Shown here: piece by piece, positions 13,153-26,900 of the stretch
Layout of the letters: each line of letters begins with the position of its first letter
How positions within the stretch are numbered: the stretch's first letter is position 1
NCBI GenBank assembly: GCA_040954595.2
Contig: CM082583.2
Coordinates: forward strand, 6,446,849 to 6,510,848
Reading direction: 5' to 3'
Length of the DNA: 64,000 nt
Source of the DNA: Balanoglossus misakiensis
Taxonomy: Eukaryota; Animalia; Hemichordata
Notes under the pieces: generated by a model
Told to the model about the DNA's origin: nothing
The model's input: the letters and a program-made list of their open reading frames with translations, nothing else
Database searches by the model: none
Position numbers and translations under genes: made by a program

Positions 13153-14832
13153 ATGGCACACCTTAATACTACCGAGGCGTACGGAAACGATACCTCCGCG
13201 GAGAATTTCACCAATGCACTCGGTTCCACGACGTACAGGTTAACAGACGCGGTGTCTCCGACGACCGGCAACTTCAGTGTTTTGAATTTCACCGGGCTGC
13301 CGGACGATGTGACAACGTCGACACGGGGCAACTTTTCCATCACTTCCACGGTGACTGCACACCTGGCCGATGCGATGGACAATGTCACGTTTGCTCCGGA
13401 TCCAGAAAACACTACCGACATCCCGTTTCTACCAAGCTGGTGGCAAGAATGGCAATCCATGATCAGTACGATGCTTCCGGTTCTGTACGGATCCATATGC
13501 TTCCTTGGTATCGTGGGCAACCTGCTTGTCATACTGGTGTTGCTGCGTTACTCCAGCATGAAGACGTTGCCGAACGTTTACATCTTGAATCTGGCCCTGG
13601 CGGACTTTCTCTTCATGCTGACAATACCCTTCATAGCCTACCAGTTTGTGGCCGAGCGGTGGATATTTGGCTACGCCATGTGCAAATTCGTCATGTCCTT
13701 CGACGGGATGAACCAGTTCACGGGCGTGTTCCTGCTGACGGCGATGAGCTTGGATCGCTTCGCGGCCTTTTGCTATCCGATGAAGTCTCTGGGTATTCGA
13801 ACGCTGCGCAACACCAGATTCATCTGCTGCCTCATGTGGGCGTTGTCCGGAGCCGTCAGTCTGCCCCTCTGGATGTACTCGGAGACCTTCCCGCATCCGG
13901 CCGGCAACAACGAGACCATTTGCAGTCTAACCTGGACGAGAGGTGTGCGCAGGACTTTCATATTGTACGCCTTCATCCTCGGCTACGTTATCCCACTCTT
14001 GGTCATTTGCACGTGCTACACCTCCATCATACAAGTCATCCTGAGCAACAAACAGCCCGGCGAGAAGGGAATGAGTAAGAGGGGGTCGAAGAGGGTCGTC
14101 GTGCTGGTGATAGCGGCCGTGGTGACGTTTTCCGTGTGCTGGCTCCCTTTCTACGCGCTGCAGATTAAATTCACTTTCTTTCAAGGCACGTACACGAAGT
14201 CGGCTGCAGTTGCCAGCGTGATATCGATATGCCTAAGTTACGGCAACAGTGCCATCAACCCGATTGTTTACACCTTCGTCGGCAGACACTTCAAGGAGAG
14301 CATCGCCCGCCTGCTCTGCTGCAGAGGGGACGTGCACCGGAGATCGCAGAGCGTGTTCGCCTCCAGCACCCGCGGCAATCACATAGCGCGGCAGCCGACG
14401 AAAGGTCTTCCCAGGACAAAGTATATCAGCAGCCAGTCGTTTGAAGGGAACGCGGACGTGTTGACGTACGATAACAATGCATATCAGCTGAGTGTCAGCG
14501 ACACCTCGCCGAATCACACTGCGACCGATTGTCCGGAGAGCAAACCCGCCGTCCCCCGTGGCGAGACTGGGGCGGGGAGCAACCGTTTTAGGGGTGGCGA
14601 AAAACTCCACGACAGTCGAACGTCCCTTCCAAATGGAAACATCAACGAAGGGAAAACCGATACGACAAGTCCCCAAAAAGAAAAGAATCAGAGAACGTCT
14701 GTATGTGCATCGGAAATTATTTTGGACGAGGGAATGGACAACGTGGATCAGGCAATCGAGTTGTCGATCCCAATAGATAAAGATGACAACGTCGTCGACA
14801 TTGTTGAAACAGCTACCGTGTCTGAGGCATAG
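13153..14832 (+). CDS. SSTR: Somatostatin/allatostatin-C receptor-like class A GPCR (paralog 1), intronless, 559 aa from ATG 13153
   Basis: Seven TM segments with GN (TM1), NLALAD (TM2), DGMNQFT...DRF (TM3; the DGxNQFT pattern is typical of SSTRs), CWLPFY (TM6) and NSAINPIVY (TM7). MKTLPNVYILNLA in ICL1 resembles SSTR MKTxTNxYILNLA. N-terminus is rich in N-glycosylation sites. The ORF-track start at 13120 is GTG; the first ATG (acaATGG) is at 13153. Subtype not assignable. Confidence 0.92.
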   Translation: MAHLNTTEAYGNDTSAENFTNALGSTTYRLTDAVSPTTGNFSVLNFTGLPDDVTTSTRGNFSITSTVTAHLADAMDNVTFAPDPENTTDIPFLPSWWQEWQSMISTMLPVLYGSICFLGIVGNLLVILVLLRYSSMKTLPNVYILNLALADFLFMLTIPFIAYQFVAERWIFGYAMCKFVMSFDGMNQFTGVFLLTAMSLDRFAAFCYPMKSLGIRTLRNTRFICCLMWALSGAVSLPLWMYSETFPHPAGNNETICSLTWTRGVRRTFILYAFILGYVIPLLVICTCYTSIIQVILSNKQPGEKGMSKRGSKRVVVLVIAAVVTFSVCWLPFYALQIKFTFFQGTYTKSAAVASVISICLSYGNSAINPIVYTFVGRHFKESIARLLCCRGDVHRRSQSVFASSTRGNHIARQPTKGLPRTKYISSQSFEGNADVLTYDNNAYQLSVSDTSPNHTATDCPESKPAVPRGETGAGSNRFRGGEKLHDSRTSLPNGNINEGKTDTTSPQKEKNQRTSVCASEIILDEGMDNVDQAIELSIPIDKDDNVVDIVETATVSEA

Positions 14833-17800
14833 AACGAACAAAGAGAAGACTGCATTATATGGCATTTGTAATATATCCGATAAACATTTGGTACTTAAAC
14901 TAGTCTTCGTAACAGTATTAGCTACACTATCGACCAGAAGTATTAAGTACAAATTGAATACCACTTTTCATTATGGAATTTAAATAGTTATCGGTGTATA
15001 TTAATTCCACACAAAAAATATTTTCTATATTAATGTCCGAATTCTATGATGAGCTGGCACTCATCGATTTAAATAACCATTTCACGCGATTTACACTGTA
15101 TGGAAGATGAGTTACATGTACATGTGTTTACACGCTTTACGACAACTTCTTCATTTTAGACCCTTTTGCGTCACCTGATATACAGTACATGTACATTTGT
15201 AGATGTCGTTGCTGGAGAATTCTCCCTCCGCTGAGCGGAGTAACTGAGCTGATAACACGAGAAATATATCGCCAGCTGTGCCCTGCGGCTTGGCAATGAC
15301 TCTAAAATTGAGATAGGAGTCGGTGTATCCCGCCAATTTTCACGTGGAATAAAGATAGCGCGGTGTCATTTGTTCCGGAATGACGGATGGTGGTCAGTTT
15401 TCTGTATCGAGTGTGTGCTATACATGTATTTCTATTGTCTTTGATCGCGATTACTCGTGGAGGGTTGTGTGGGTAGACCACCGCATTGCGGTGTGGCGTC
15501 ATCGTCTTTCGGTTTCGTTCTATGATAGCTTGTTCTAGTGTCAGTACAAAGAGACAGATACGATTACTATCAAATGCCCACTTGAAAGAAGATCCGTCAA
15601 CCTATCTGACATCCGTGAATGTGAATCGGAGGTTGTTCATAATTTTCTGTCTTCCGTATACTATCACAGAAATGCATGTACAGTACACTTGTACATACCC
15701 CCCCGCACACACACCACATATAGACACCGTGACACACCGTTACAGAAGTACATATTGTATACGCCTGTGTGCAACCACACACGAGGGGAATAAATGGAAA
15801 CGCACGATGACAGCAGCGATATAATGTATTTTTGCTTCAAACTTCATCTCGCAACAGAGATTGGAGCGCTTTTAGGCGTGAAGTGAACTAGGTCATGTTA
15901 TTTTCTTGTCACCACCTTTTAAAACGACAGTTTATATCGACTATTGCAGTGTGACGAGCTGGTAATGACTTCTAATATCCAAACTTTTCACCCGGCCGCC
16001 ATTTTGCTTAATTCTAAATGGTTGTCACGGCAGTAATTGAAATACTCGAAAACAACATACATATTTGACTCTTTCAAGCACATGTTTGACCGGGAACTCA
16101 GCAAGCATTGCTTTCCATTTGCTGAAACGCGACGGTGAGTACTCGCCAGTATTATACTGGTCGATACTGAGGAATGTAATTGTTTTAACGGTGTCCAGAC
16201 GGTATTTCAGCTACACGCGGGAATCCTTTCCGGCACCGCGCCAGTTTAAATGAAACTCACTCAAATGGCATTATGCGTATGGTCGAGAGCTAAGAGACAA
16301 CGTTCCAGAAATCGTCGATTTGGAGGTGATAATCAGCGGCTGCATGTTTCAAAGCTGCCGACGCCATGGCCACTTATAGTATAGTCAGGCGCCCTCAAAC
16401 GTGAATTTTGTAACGTCAACAAGTATCACGAGATGAATAGGCCTATGGTACGTCAAATTACGATCCACCGAATAGATTTTTATCGCCGTTCTGTTCTATA
16501 GCGAAAACTACTCCCTGGGAAAGAATCTTAGAATCAATAAAGGTAATCTTGCAAGAGTCAAAGGGAATCCCGGATTTGTTATCAAATAAATGAATATTGT
16601 AGTCTTAAAGAAACACGAAGTTAAATAATATTTCATTGTCTTATCACGTGATATAAGAGTAATTATTAGTGACTCTGACGAAGTACAGCCTTCATTTCAT
16701 GACGTAGGATCTGTTCGCTGTCACCCCGAAGGTCAAATATAGACGATACGCAACTGCTTCAAGTTACTTTAGCGCTGTCAAATATCGTAAATCGAAACAA
16801 ACCCCATTCTAAAATATCGCATGGCCGATCTTCTGTTTGACCCCCCGTCTACACAGATTCAAATGCCACGGTTTGTTCCCATCACCGCGAATTCCTCACC
16901 ACAGCACTTATCATATCGTATAACACCTTAAAGTAATGTTTAAAGGTGTACACCGTTTCAAAAAACACGCAAAACACGTTTTAATGGCGCTTAAACCGTC
17001 ACCAATGAAACTTCATTTCGCCACTCCCTTTTAAGAACCAAGGATTCAATTCTGGTCGCCATGTTACATCTTAAAAGTCTTTTTTAGAGTCACTATGTTT
17101 TTTATAGAGACGCGTTGAATATTATATTCCAATTCTTTTATTGATTTGCGGAAAACATAACCAAACTTATATAATACTAATACATAAGAGAAACGAGGCA
17201 CGATTAATCCCTTTTCCCTTGGATTAAAAGTTGTAATCGAAGCAATACATTATATTATATCAGGTTTGCATTCCATTGAAAAGAGAAAAACATTGCGGCG
17301 TTGCTTTCTTCACCCATTGCTGTTCGTAACGCTCTTTGCTTTTCACCGTCCAACTGGTTTAGTGACTTAGCGCCGAGGTAGAATACCGGAGGGTCTACAT
17401 AAGTAACTCAGGCTTTTGCTAATTGTTTGAATCAGTATATATGTACGTGCCTTATTCAAAGTCTCTGCTGGGACCCTCACTGACCTATAGTTTCAAGGAA
17501 TTCACCTCGGGCGCAGAGCTTCGTGGAAGCCGTCTAATTTGACCGTTTTGCAGACTTCCGTCTCTGCGATAACCAACACACTCGCCATTGGGAGTGTGTT
17601 AATTACCAAAACTTCTGTTTCCAGTCAATACAGGGTTTTCCCCATCTCTATAATCGTCCAGTTTTGCATTGTGGTAAACACTTTTTTCGGGGAAATGAAC
17701 AAGACAACGGAGTTCATATAAATAACAAAAATACTAGGCATTAGCAAAAAGCCACTTTTGTTATTTGTACAGCACTTTATCAAATTTCATGTTGCACAAG

Positions 17801-18914
17801 ATACGGTGCATCACATCGTTTGTCGTCTTTTACCGGTGCTGTAGGAAGTGTTGGTTCGAGTCCAATCAGTTTCATATTAAGTAAAAATCGTTACTAAGTA
17901 TTGTTTAGGAATTATAATGCAAAGAAAGGTACAGGTGCACTGTAAAGCAAACGCCCGTCATTGATCATACGAACCATTGCCATTTAATCACAGACAGCAG
18001 AAGTTTCTATAGTTTAAGCTTAGCGAGATTCGTACAAATTTCAAACGTTGGTAAACCCTATTAAGATAGGCTTCCGTCAGAGATCGTGTTTAAACAATGA
18101 ATTTGAATTTTGCACTGACAATTACGCTGGGAGTTCTCACGACGCAAGCAGTTGTTAATGTTGTCCTTCACGCGGAGATTTGAATTCGTACCTGCATTTT
18201 GCTCAATCGCGGGAAGGCTAGATTGAAATACCAACCGCCGTGTGGCAGAATCTGTGGTAGACGTGATACACATTCAGCGCAACCATTTAATCAGACGAAA
18301 CCGGTGCAAGTCGAATTGGTAATTGGTTTTGTATTATCGTCTTTGACTTTTAGGTTAAAGATCAAAAGTTGTCTTTCATCAATTTGCCTACGCGCAGACA
18401 TTCTGTCATCACTGTGATTTACAATCATCTGAAGACACGCTTGCACTTTGAAGCAATATATATTTAACATACGTATACGTAATTCGTATCTCTGTCTCCT
18501 CCCAAGTGAATCATACGTGTTTACACTCGAGGACGAACGCAATGTATGCAGATGGGTTTTCAATAATGCCATTAAATATTTCATAGCTGACAATTCTGTG
18601 TGGAGCAATTTGTCTGTGCTATCATCGCTAGAAAAAGGCAAATAACTTCAATTGGATACCGCAAACACTGTCTACACGACTGTATATATAATTAGAAAGT
18701 AGGTATAGCCTACGCAGGTAGCGACGTGTTCGGTCAGAGGTCACCGTTCTCTTTGTTTGTCATGGCTAACGTTCCGTCTTCTCGTTAAATCGCAAGCGAG
18801 CAATTTGTAAATCAATAATGCGCATGTACAGAATTGATTGATGAGATCGTCTTGTTGCTCCGAAGAAGCTTTGGTTTCAACCATGCAAAATACGCAATTC
18901 AGTATTATTGTACA

Positions 18915-19007
18915 ACACTACACTACACCACACCGCATCACATCACACCACACAACACCACACCACACCACATCACAACACAATACACCCAACCAAGACA
19001 CACCACA
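18915..19007. repeat. Imperfect pentanucleotide tandem repeat (CACCA/CACAA/CATCA)n
   Basis: cactacactacaccacaccgcatcacatcacaccacacaacaccacaccacaccacatcacaacac... Confidence 0.8.
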
Positions 19008-20934
19008 TGCACTTCTGAGTTTGACAGCTCCGAAAATTCAAGTCCCGCTAAATGTGTGACAATATACAAGAGCAATCTCTGGGTGAACCTATATCGCTGT
19101 ACCACTCCAAACATGAAAAATAAGGTGAATAAGTACGTTGATTAAGATATGTGGTTTCAATTGTGCTTTTTAAAATAATTCTGGCACTTGACGCTCATGC
19201 TTTTGTTTGTATGTTGACAACAAATCAGTCACACATGCGCCCTACTAGTTTTCTTTTCGAGTACTGCAGCTTACACCCCAATTCTATTACTTCCGTGACA
19301 TTTGAAATCGATTTCTGCGACCCCCTCCCCTCGCCCTCCAGCCCAGAAATTAATCAAATATTCGATCAGACATTTGTTCTTGCGACACTGAAAATAATCA
19401 TTATGGAAATTCTGGAAGAGTCTCAAGCCGTTTTCATTATTTCCACGAGGACAGCATAGGCTTTTCGATTTAAAGCTCCGTTAACTGTAATTTTTAGCCA
19501 TTTTTCAGTACTCTTGTCTTGTGCATTAACTGTAATTTACTGTTCGACTTTCTAAAGCATGATGAAATACCCAATATGTAGCTTATCAATACAGCCCGTA
19601 TATGTCACACTCAGTGTTGTTATTGTTGATAATTGAATTCAGGGTTTGACTTGAATTCATTTGCCAGTACTAAACAAAAACCCATTTCTCGTTTCCTCAT
19701 GCTATACATTGTCAAGCACTTCAAACAGAATATTCGACATATGGCATGTTACACGCAGTAGGACAGGCTACTTGTTTAATCCTACATCAAGAATACTGAA
19801 CCGGCAGCTATGAACTGCTTAAATTGTTACTTTAAACTGAGAGTCTATACACGAGCACTTGGTTTACGTTTTTCAAAGATGGATATGATGAATTGCGTTT
19901 GACATTTGAAGCAAGAGGGCATGGAGATGTCATACTGATTTGATTTGTACAGCGCGCAGGCAAACGAGGTGGTAGGCCAACAGACTAGGATCAGACTGTC
20001 AATATTAGCCTTCAAGGTATTATGCGGCATATTGATCGCGGAGCCAATAGATCGTTGTAACACGTGTGGATGTGATGACCAGTAATAGGGGCATAAAACG
20101 AAAGACTCTTTATGTTATACGTATTTACATTACAGAACGCCTAAGACACACGCTGTCGATTCCAAGCAGCAGTTCAAGTAACTTATAATAGGAGTATTCT
20201 GCTCACGTAGTGACAACATTTGCATATTGGTTGACTGAAACCGCGTTATCTGTTACCGGCCCCATGTGATTCTCACGTAATCTTTATGTAAAACGAATAT
20301 TGTATTTATTACACAATCAAACCCAGTAAAGGAAAATTAGAAGGTCTGGTGGATCAAACGCTAACCTCAAATGGTTATTTGCTTGCTTACGGTCACAAGT
20401 AAATGAGTCCCCAGAAACGTGTGAACATTCCCAAAAGTCGAACAACTCCCTCTGGAAGTAATGAGGGTAAAGGCTTTTTTATTGGACATTGACCCCTATG
20501 TCTGCGGCCACAAACACAGCCGGTAGAATACCATTCGATCGTGCAACGTTTGCTGTGCCGCTGGTGAAACAATTCGCAAGTTTTGAATAATTTCACACTT
20601 GCACAAATATTATTCAAGTAAACGTTGGTGACACAGGATTTCCCTAACCCACCATGTTGCTTTATAGCGGCTGTTGATATGACGTCACAGAATCCTTGGA
20701 AACGGACAAAGCTGGTGGATACATTCGTTTGGTAACAGAAAGCGCTATGTACTTGGATTCCCATTGTACACTACACGCGCTTGGACGCCATACGTGGACA
20801 CCAGCCGTACATCTGTACATCCGAAACCTCATCACCGAATATATACCTTTACTTAGTTATATTTAGTTTAGACCCCCTATCGGATTGTATCTTTGCCAGA
20901 TGAGTTAATAAGCAACGCCGTTTACAATAGCGTC

Positions 20935-20956
20935 CCTCTCTCTCTCTCTCTCTCTC
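20935..20956. repeat. (CT)n microsatellite
   Basis: Run of ctctctctctctctctctctc. Confidence 0.85.
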
Positions 20957-23900
20957 CCGGCGAAGCCTTTTCTTCTGCTTCTTCTTTTGTGCTATACCGA
21001 CTGGATGTTTTGACGGTAAAGTGATTCTGATAACGGGTGGTCTATCTCTCCGCTTGGGTAGCACGTGATTGGTACCATTTGCCTTCAGGTGCATACAAAC
21101 CGCAATCCGCCATCCAAACATTGTCACGCGTTTAGCTTTGACACTGTGATGCACTATTCTTACAATGATGCTGCTCATTCACCGGTTGGCTGCAAGGAAT
21201 TTTTTTTCTGGTTACTTGCAGATGCTTTTCGAATATCCTCTTTTTATAAAAGGTTTCATAATGTGCGATTTTCAGAGTAATTTGTAGAGCTGGTCTGAGA
21301 TATGTGGAGGAAGTGATGTGGAAACTTCCTTATCGACAGCTCAAATCATAATGATGGCGCTATTTTGTGATCCCCTCATATCGATACCGTCTCCTGTCAA
21401 TCATCGATGAGTCATGACCCAAAGTATAAGCATTCGGGGAATAGTTAGTGTCGTGTTGCTTGACTGATTTGTCCAACGTCTTTGAATGTTTCGAAACGTT
21501 CGATATTTAAACGTTGCCATCACTGCCGTCACATCATCCTTTAACGGGAATTAACATCGTTAGGCGATGAACAGTTTGCTCTCGGATCAACGTTAACACT
21601 TTTTACTCGCTGGCAGACGAGCAGACAAAGACACCTGACAGATTCAAACTGAGGCAATAGCGTTGCAAGGGTATCCCGTTATATATCCGGGAACTTGAAC
21701 GATTTGCACGGCCTTTTACATGCAATATGTACGCACACTGACAAAGAACAAGTGGCATAGAGTGCGGGTAGTCCAAGTATAGGATAACTAAATGTGAATG
21801 TGAATCTAACCCACAAGTGGTCACCATGACATTGAAAAGTTGAATCCCGGGGAAGAATTGTTTCCGTTGGGGTTGTGAGTAGCCCGGCCCATTGACTTCA
21901 ATTTAACTGACACAACCAGATGACAAAAATCATTTGCGATATTTGTAGAGAGACACAGTATATCATTTAGTGTCAGCGGCACTCAGCATCGCTGTACATT
22001 ACAGTAACGCAGATGTAAAAAAAAACGCGATGGCCTACATCTATTTGCCTGAAGGTGTCACATTTTAAGACGACGTAGCCAATTCCGGGAATTATTGTAT
22101 CGTGGTTTGGAATTGTGGGGCACTGCGGCCTCTTTTGGTGGCTTTGAGTACCCCCTAGGTTGGCAATCGTGAATTGTCTATATCCAGTCTAATCCCGTCT
22201 GCCTCTTCATTTTTACGCATCTTGGGTACATGTATGTGCGTGGAGAGAAGCTTTCATTTTTAAATGCAACGTTTTTAAATCCCTGCCTGCGAGGTGATCA
22301 AAATAAAAAAAAAGTTCTAAAAGATTTTGCCGTAATATATATATCTGCAGGGAGTTGGCAAAAAGTTTGCCGCGCACCATCCGTGTAATTTTGCTTACCG
22401 TGTATGGCGGACATAAAACTTGCATGAAACATAATTTCTTATAATGAGCCTACTTGTAATGGAGAACGGAAAATTCGCATTGGTGACGTATTACGTCCTA
22501 TAGGCAGTGTCAAGCGAAGAATCTTGGAGCCATTCTTACCTCTCTATGAATACCCACGTTAGTCAGATTTGCTGTTCTTCCCTGTTTCCCATTAATCCCA
22601 TTGCTCCCCCTCGAAAATATATAAACATATAAGTGTGTATTTAGAGTAAACTAACCCTACCTTTTCTGCGTCATCAATACATCTGACCTGTGGCCTTCGT
22701 TACCACATATAGCGTTCTCTTTCGACGACTCGTGACACCCGAGTAGTCCAGGCAAATTGCTGGTACAAATGCGACTTTAATGAAGTAAAGGCAAAGAATC
22801 GTCGGTGGAGCGTTCACTACAAATTGCAGCACTTATCGTGAATGGAAAGTTGCTTGAAAAATTTGGGGAAATTGGCACCTCCGTTTCTATACGGCGTGAT
22901 GTAGTAACGCGCCCGGGCATGCATGGATAACCACACTCATGCCTACAACGACTCAAGAGAACTATTCTAACAAAAACGATCTATTTCGCAACGTTCTGTC
23001 TGTCATGTTTGACCTATAAGCACGCCCTTCGCTCAAACTTCACGAATTCACAATGTTTTAAATATACACCTGCGTACTGCCCATTGCTATTTATAAATAA
23101 ATTATATCAGCGTCGGTTTGTATTCCTATCATTGTGAAGTCGTTGTCTGGCATGAAAGAATTGCCCGTTTTTGCTGATGAATAAGTTAAGTCATTGCCTT
23201 TTAACCATTTATCCTTCGGGTCGAAGTGTCGGTGGTATATCAGCAGGCATGCGTTCTTTATTAACTTCTATTCGCATATATACGAACAGTTCCACTTTAG
23301 AAGAAGAGATGGTACGGTCATGCTGTTCTACTTTCGGACAGAGTATTAAAATAGAACATGTATATTGTCAACTTTTATTGGCTGCATCGGCTTTGAAGAT
23401 ATTATGTAACATTCAAATTTTCATGGTGCAGAGAACTCATCATCATACCCGTGGAACTTTATTAATATGAGTGAGGGCATATTACATGTAATTGTGATCA
23501 CAACATCGTTGAAGCGGTGCTTTGAAACCACACTTATTTTATACACACATTCACAGTTTTCTTAGTTGAAATGAAATGAAAGGTGTCCATGTCGAGCGAA
23601 GAGCGGCGTTTTAAGATCAGTGAAGCGCAGCTAATGCCAATGTGCGGCGGGCGTTGCCATGGATACAGCGCCACGTCCCAGATCCTGCATATTTTTGCGG
23701 GGAAAACGCCACAAGGCTATTCTAATTAACGGAAGCACCGCGAGGTAATGCAGGTTCAATGTACACCAAGCGGAAGCGTGAAATGCACGCTCCGCGGATA
23801 CACTGGGCATGATGTGGCAGTTACGTACTGTGTGTGGAGAATGTAAGGCACTCCCGTCGATCGCATTCGCTGGGAAAGATTTTCGTGAGAATTTTATAGA

Positions 23901-26900
23901 TGGGGGTTTCAGCAAGGCATATAATGTCGCCTAGTCTTCATTACTAATCATCCATAGTCTATACAATGACTGTACAATTCACAGGCATAAAACATCACCC
24001 TCCTCTGCTCTCCAGAATCGGTTGCACACCGGACCTGTCGGGCAATCAGGAGATACACTTTCGAAAAAAAAACCTCCCCCGCTTTTCTCATGACTTTCAA
24101 ATGGATATGCTTCGGAGGTAGACAGTACCTTGTATTTTGATCCACTTCGTTTACGAGAAGGCAATCATGTAGCTTTGTGGAGGGAGAAAGAAACTACGAA
24201 GTGTATCTCGGGGCGATAGGTGTTCCACAATCAACATGAAAGCTCACTCTGGAGTGCGGGCCCTGTTTCTGATCATGCGAATCGTGATGTTCAGCCGACC
24301 AGTGTTACGGTTTAACGAATTTCACAGAGACGTAGTATACAGGCGAGACTGTCTCAAGAAGCTTTCATCGAAATTGTTAGCGGTGGGAGTTGTCGAGGAA
24401 GGTGCTTTGCGTAGTGTGTGCCGATGAGATTATATGCCTGTTCACTGCGAACGGGAATAGACGCGAGTTTTGCTCGCGAAGCCGTTTTAATACGACCGTA
24501 TCCACGTCGTTGTCGTGTATTCATAATACATATAATATTATCGGGAGGGCCTATCTGTGAAATGTTGTTTTTATACCACCAAAGTATCTTACTTTATGTT
24601 AGTAGTTTTTCCCTCTTAATATAGACATCACTTCGTACATTACCGACTCATATTCCTGTGACGTAAACAGCATTTACAAATGTATTTGAATGGTAACCAC
24701 CTTCAGAGAGGGTGATTTTGCTCGGAAAACCGTTTTCCCTATTCCTACAACTAATGAATGAATACCACACTTATCAATCACCTTTCTCCGAGCATGATCA
24801 CACGAGATCTGACACATAGTCACGTTGATAATTGGCTATATAGACTAATTAGGCAGATCGACGCTTGAAACAATATCGCCACACTGATTGAGTGATACAC
24901 CGGGTTCGCCCCAATCGGTGGCAAAGATATCCGCTTACAAAATATCGCGTTTCTCCCAATTTAGATGATATTATTAACCTTTCAAACTTGTTAACATCAA
25001 AGGCAAAATAAATACCTTAAACACTCCTCTAGATAAACATTACGAGCAATACCAGAGCATAAACGTTCTCAGCGTGCTTCAAACTAATGTAGCAGCTATG
25101 ACATGGAAAGGCGACAGGTGATTTCAGCACGAGACGGAACATTCATGATATTGAAAACTCACAGGCAAATTTATGATAGAAGATTCAAATAATAGTCATT
25201 TACTGGAAGGCGCCGTATGGTTTCCAAGTAAGTACATCGACACGAACATTTCCCTGTATCTTTAGCTGTTTGAAATGGGCACGAGTTCAAACGAACACCA
25301 ATCAATTCGACGAAAAGTTATCGAGGAAGCCGTGAGAACGCTCGAGAAAGCTTACGTTGACGGGGAATAAGATATTGGATTGGCAAGAAACTAATATAGG
25401 AATGATTGAAATCGTATCACTAGGATATTAGATAAATTAATGGTTAAGATATCCCTGAAATATAAGTGGTAAAGTTACGTATAGAAAATTCGGCACGTAC
25501 ATGTATCATGGGCCTGTCTGTATTCAAAACCAGTGTTTGCATCAAAATTGTAGCCATGTTAAATCGAGTATAGTCTTGGTAAAGGGTGGTCTTCTGATCC
25601 GCGTCCAAATTTAGTGTCCAATGACGATCACCAGCGGTTCGGTGATACAATTGTAACCGGTAAGTGTGCGATAGCATGCGTATTTGGTACATTTTAGGGA
25701 GACGTAGAAGTCCATTGCCAACTTTCAAGTGTGTATAATGTTTGATGGCATGCGCAATGCATGGGTACATTAAAAAAGCTCTTTCGTTTGGTAGGTTCTT
25801 GAGATCAAATATAATCGCTTACAGTGTCTAAAACTGAAAGTTTAAAATTAAGCTACGTACTATACAGCTGGGCCATGTGTGTTTCCTTTACTGATATTCA
25901 TAGATCTGTTTCAATGCAAACGTGAGGCAGAGGTTCCTTGCATGTTACGGTGATTTGCTTTATACAAGGAGCTATGCCTCCGGGATTCCCGGCATTCTCG
26001 CAATTTTTGCACGCTTTCTGTCTTCCGTTCTGCATTTCTATTGACCTTATGAACCACCAAAATTATTTTTATCTTCATGAGACTTCGACAGACTGACGTA
26101 TAGGCCTAATTGCGGCCTCCATTGTGGTTTCTATCTTCGCCTGTCCCTCTGCGATACTCAGGCAAAGAGTGTCACATAAGAATATTGGCGCTTCTCTGTT
26201 CTGCAGTAATCAAATGAAGTCGTCCTAGTTTGTGGCGTATGAATTTTGCATCCCCTTTGCTGCCTGGTGCCAGTTTTTTTCTCGCCGCGGTGAGTGTGAA
26301 TGTTTCCAATGCTCGCTTTTTCTTCTGAAGGTTTTCACATTAGGCACAGGAGATTCCGGATACGGATAATATACTGCGTGTGTTTCATGTGTCATGTTGG
26401 GCGCAGCTTGTCGTTTCATATTTTGGGCAAAGCATCGCGAGGAAACGTAGCTGTGGATACGCAGTATCCATGCGGCGGTTGTGACGTGTGCAAACACATA
26501 GAGCGGTCACGCAACCTTTATACGTTGTTTAATTTTTTTGCGCCGGTGGTGACGGCTTGATCCCAGAAGGGTAATTTTGAGTAGGGGTTAGCAGCCTGAA
26601 ACTCCACCCACTCCAAAACCAAAATTTTAGAATTGGTTTGCCCGCTTCTAAATCTCAGGTTTTACGATTTCACGTCAAAATATGCAGCAGAAGAAACTGA
26701 TTCCGCGTTTTGGAGTTAGACATCCCAGCTGATACCGGGTAATTCAACACGAATGAAAGCGATATGGCATATCACGTATACATTGTATGTACATGCATAC
26801 ACCATTGCATCTATGCGTCCATAGCTATTTAAAGTGCCTTTTCCAGTAGCTGACGAACCTACAAATGTATTAGTTTATCCATTCATGCAAATGTAGATGG

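Noticed and set aside
13128-14983. Overlapping antisense and alternate-frame ORFs (up to 243 aa) on the GPCR gene; similar ones at 32877-33983
   Set aside because: Shadow ORFs caused by GC3-rich codon usage; no recognisable domains.
17835-17875. B-box-like GGTTCGAGTCC (similar motifs at ~12229, ~31955 minus, ~37515, ~50620 minus)
   Set aside because: No cloverleaf or properly spaced A-box visible, so a tRNA or a defined SINE cannot be supported.
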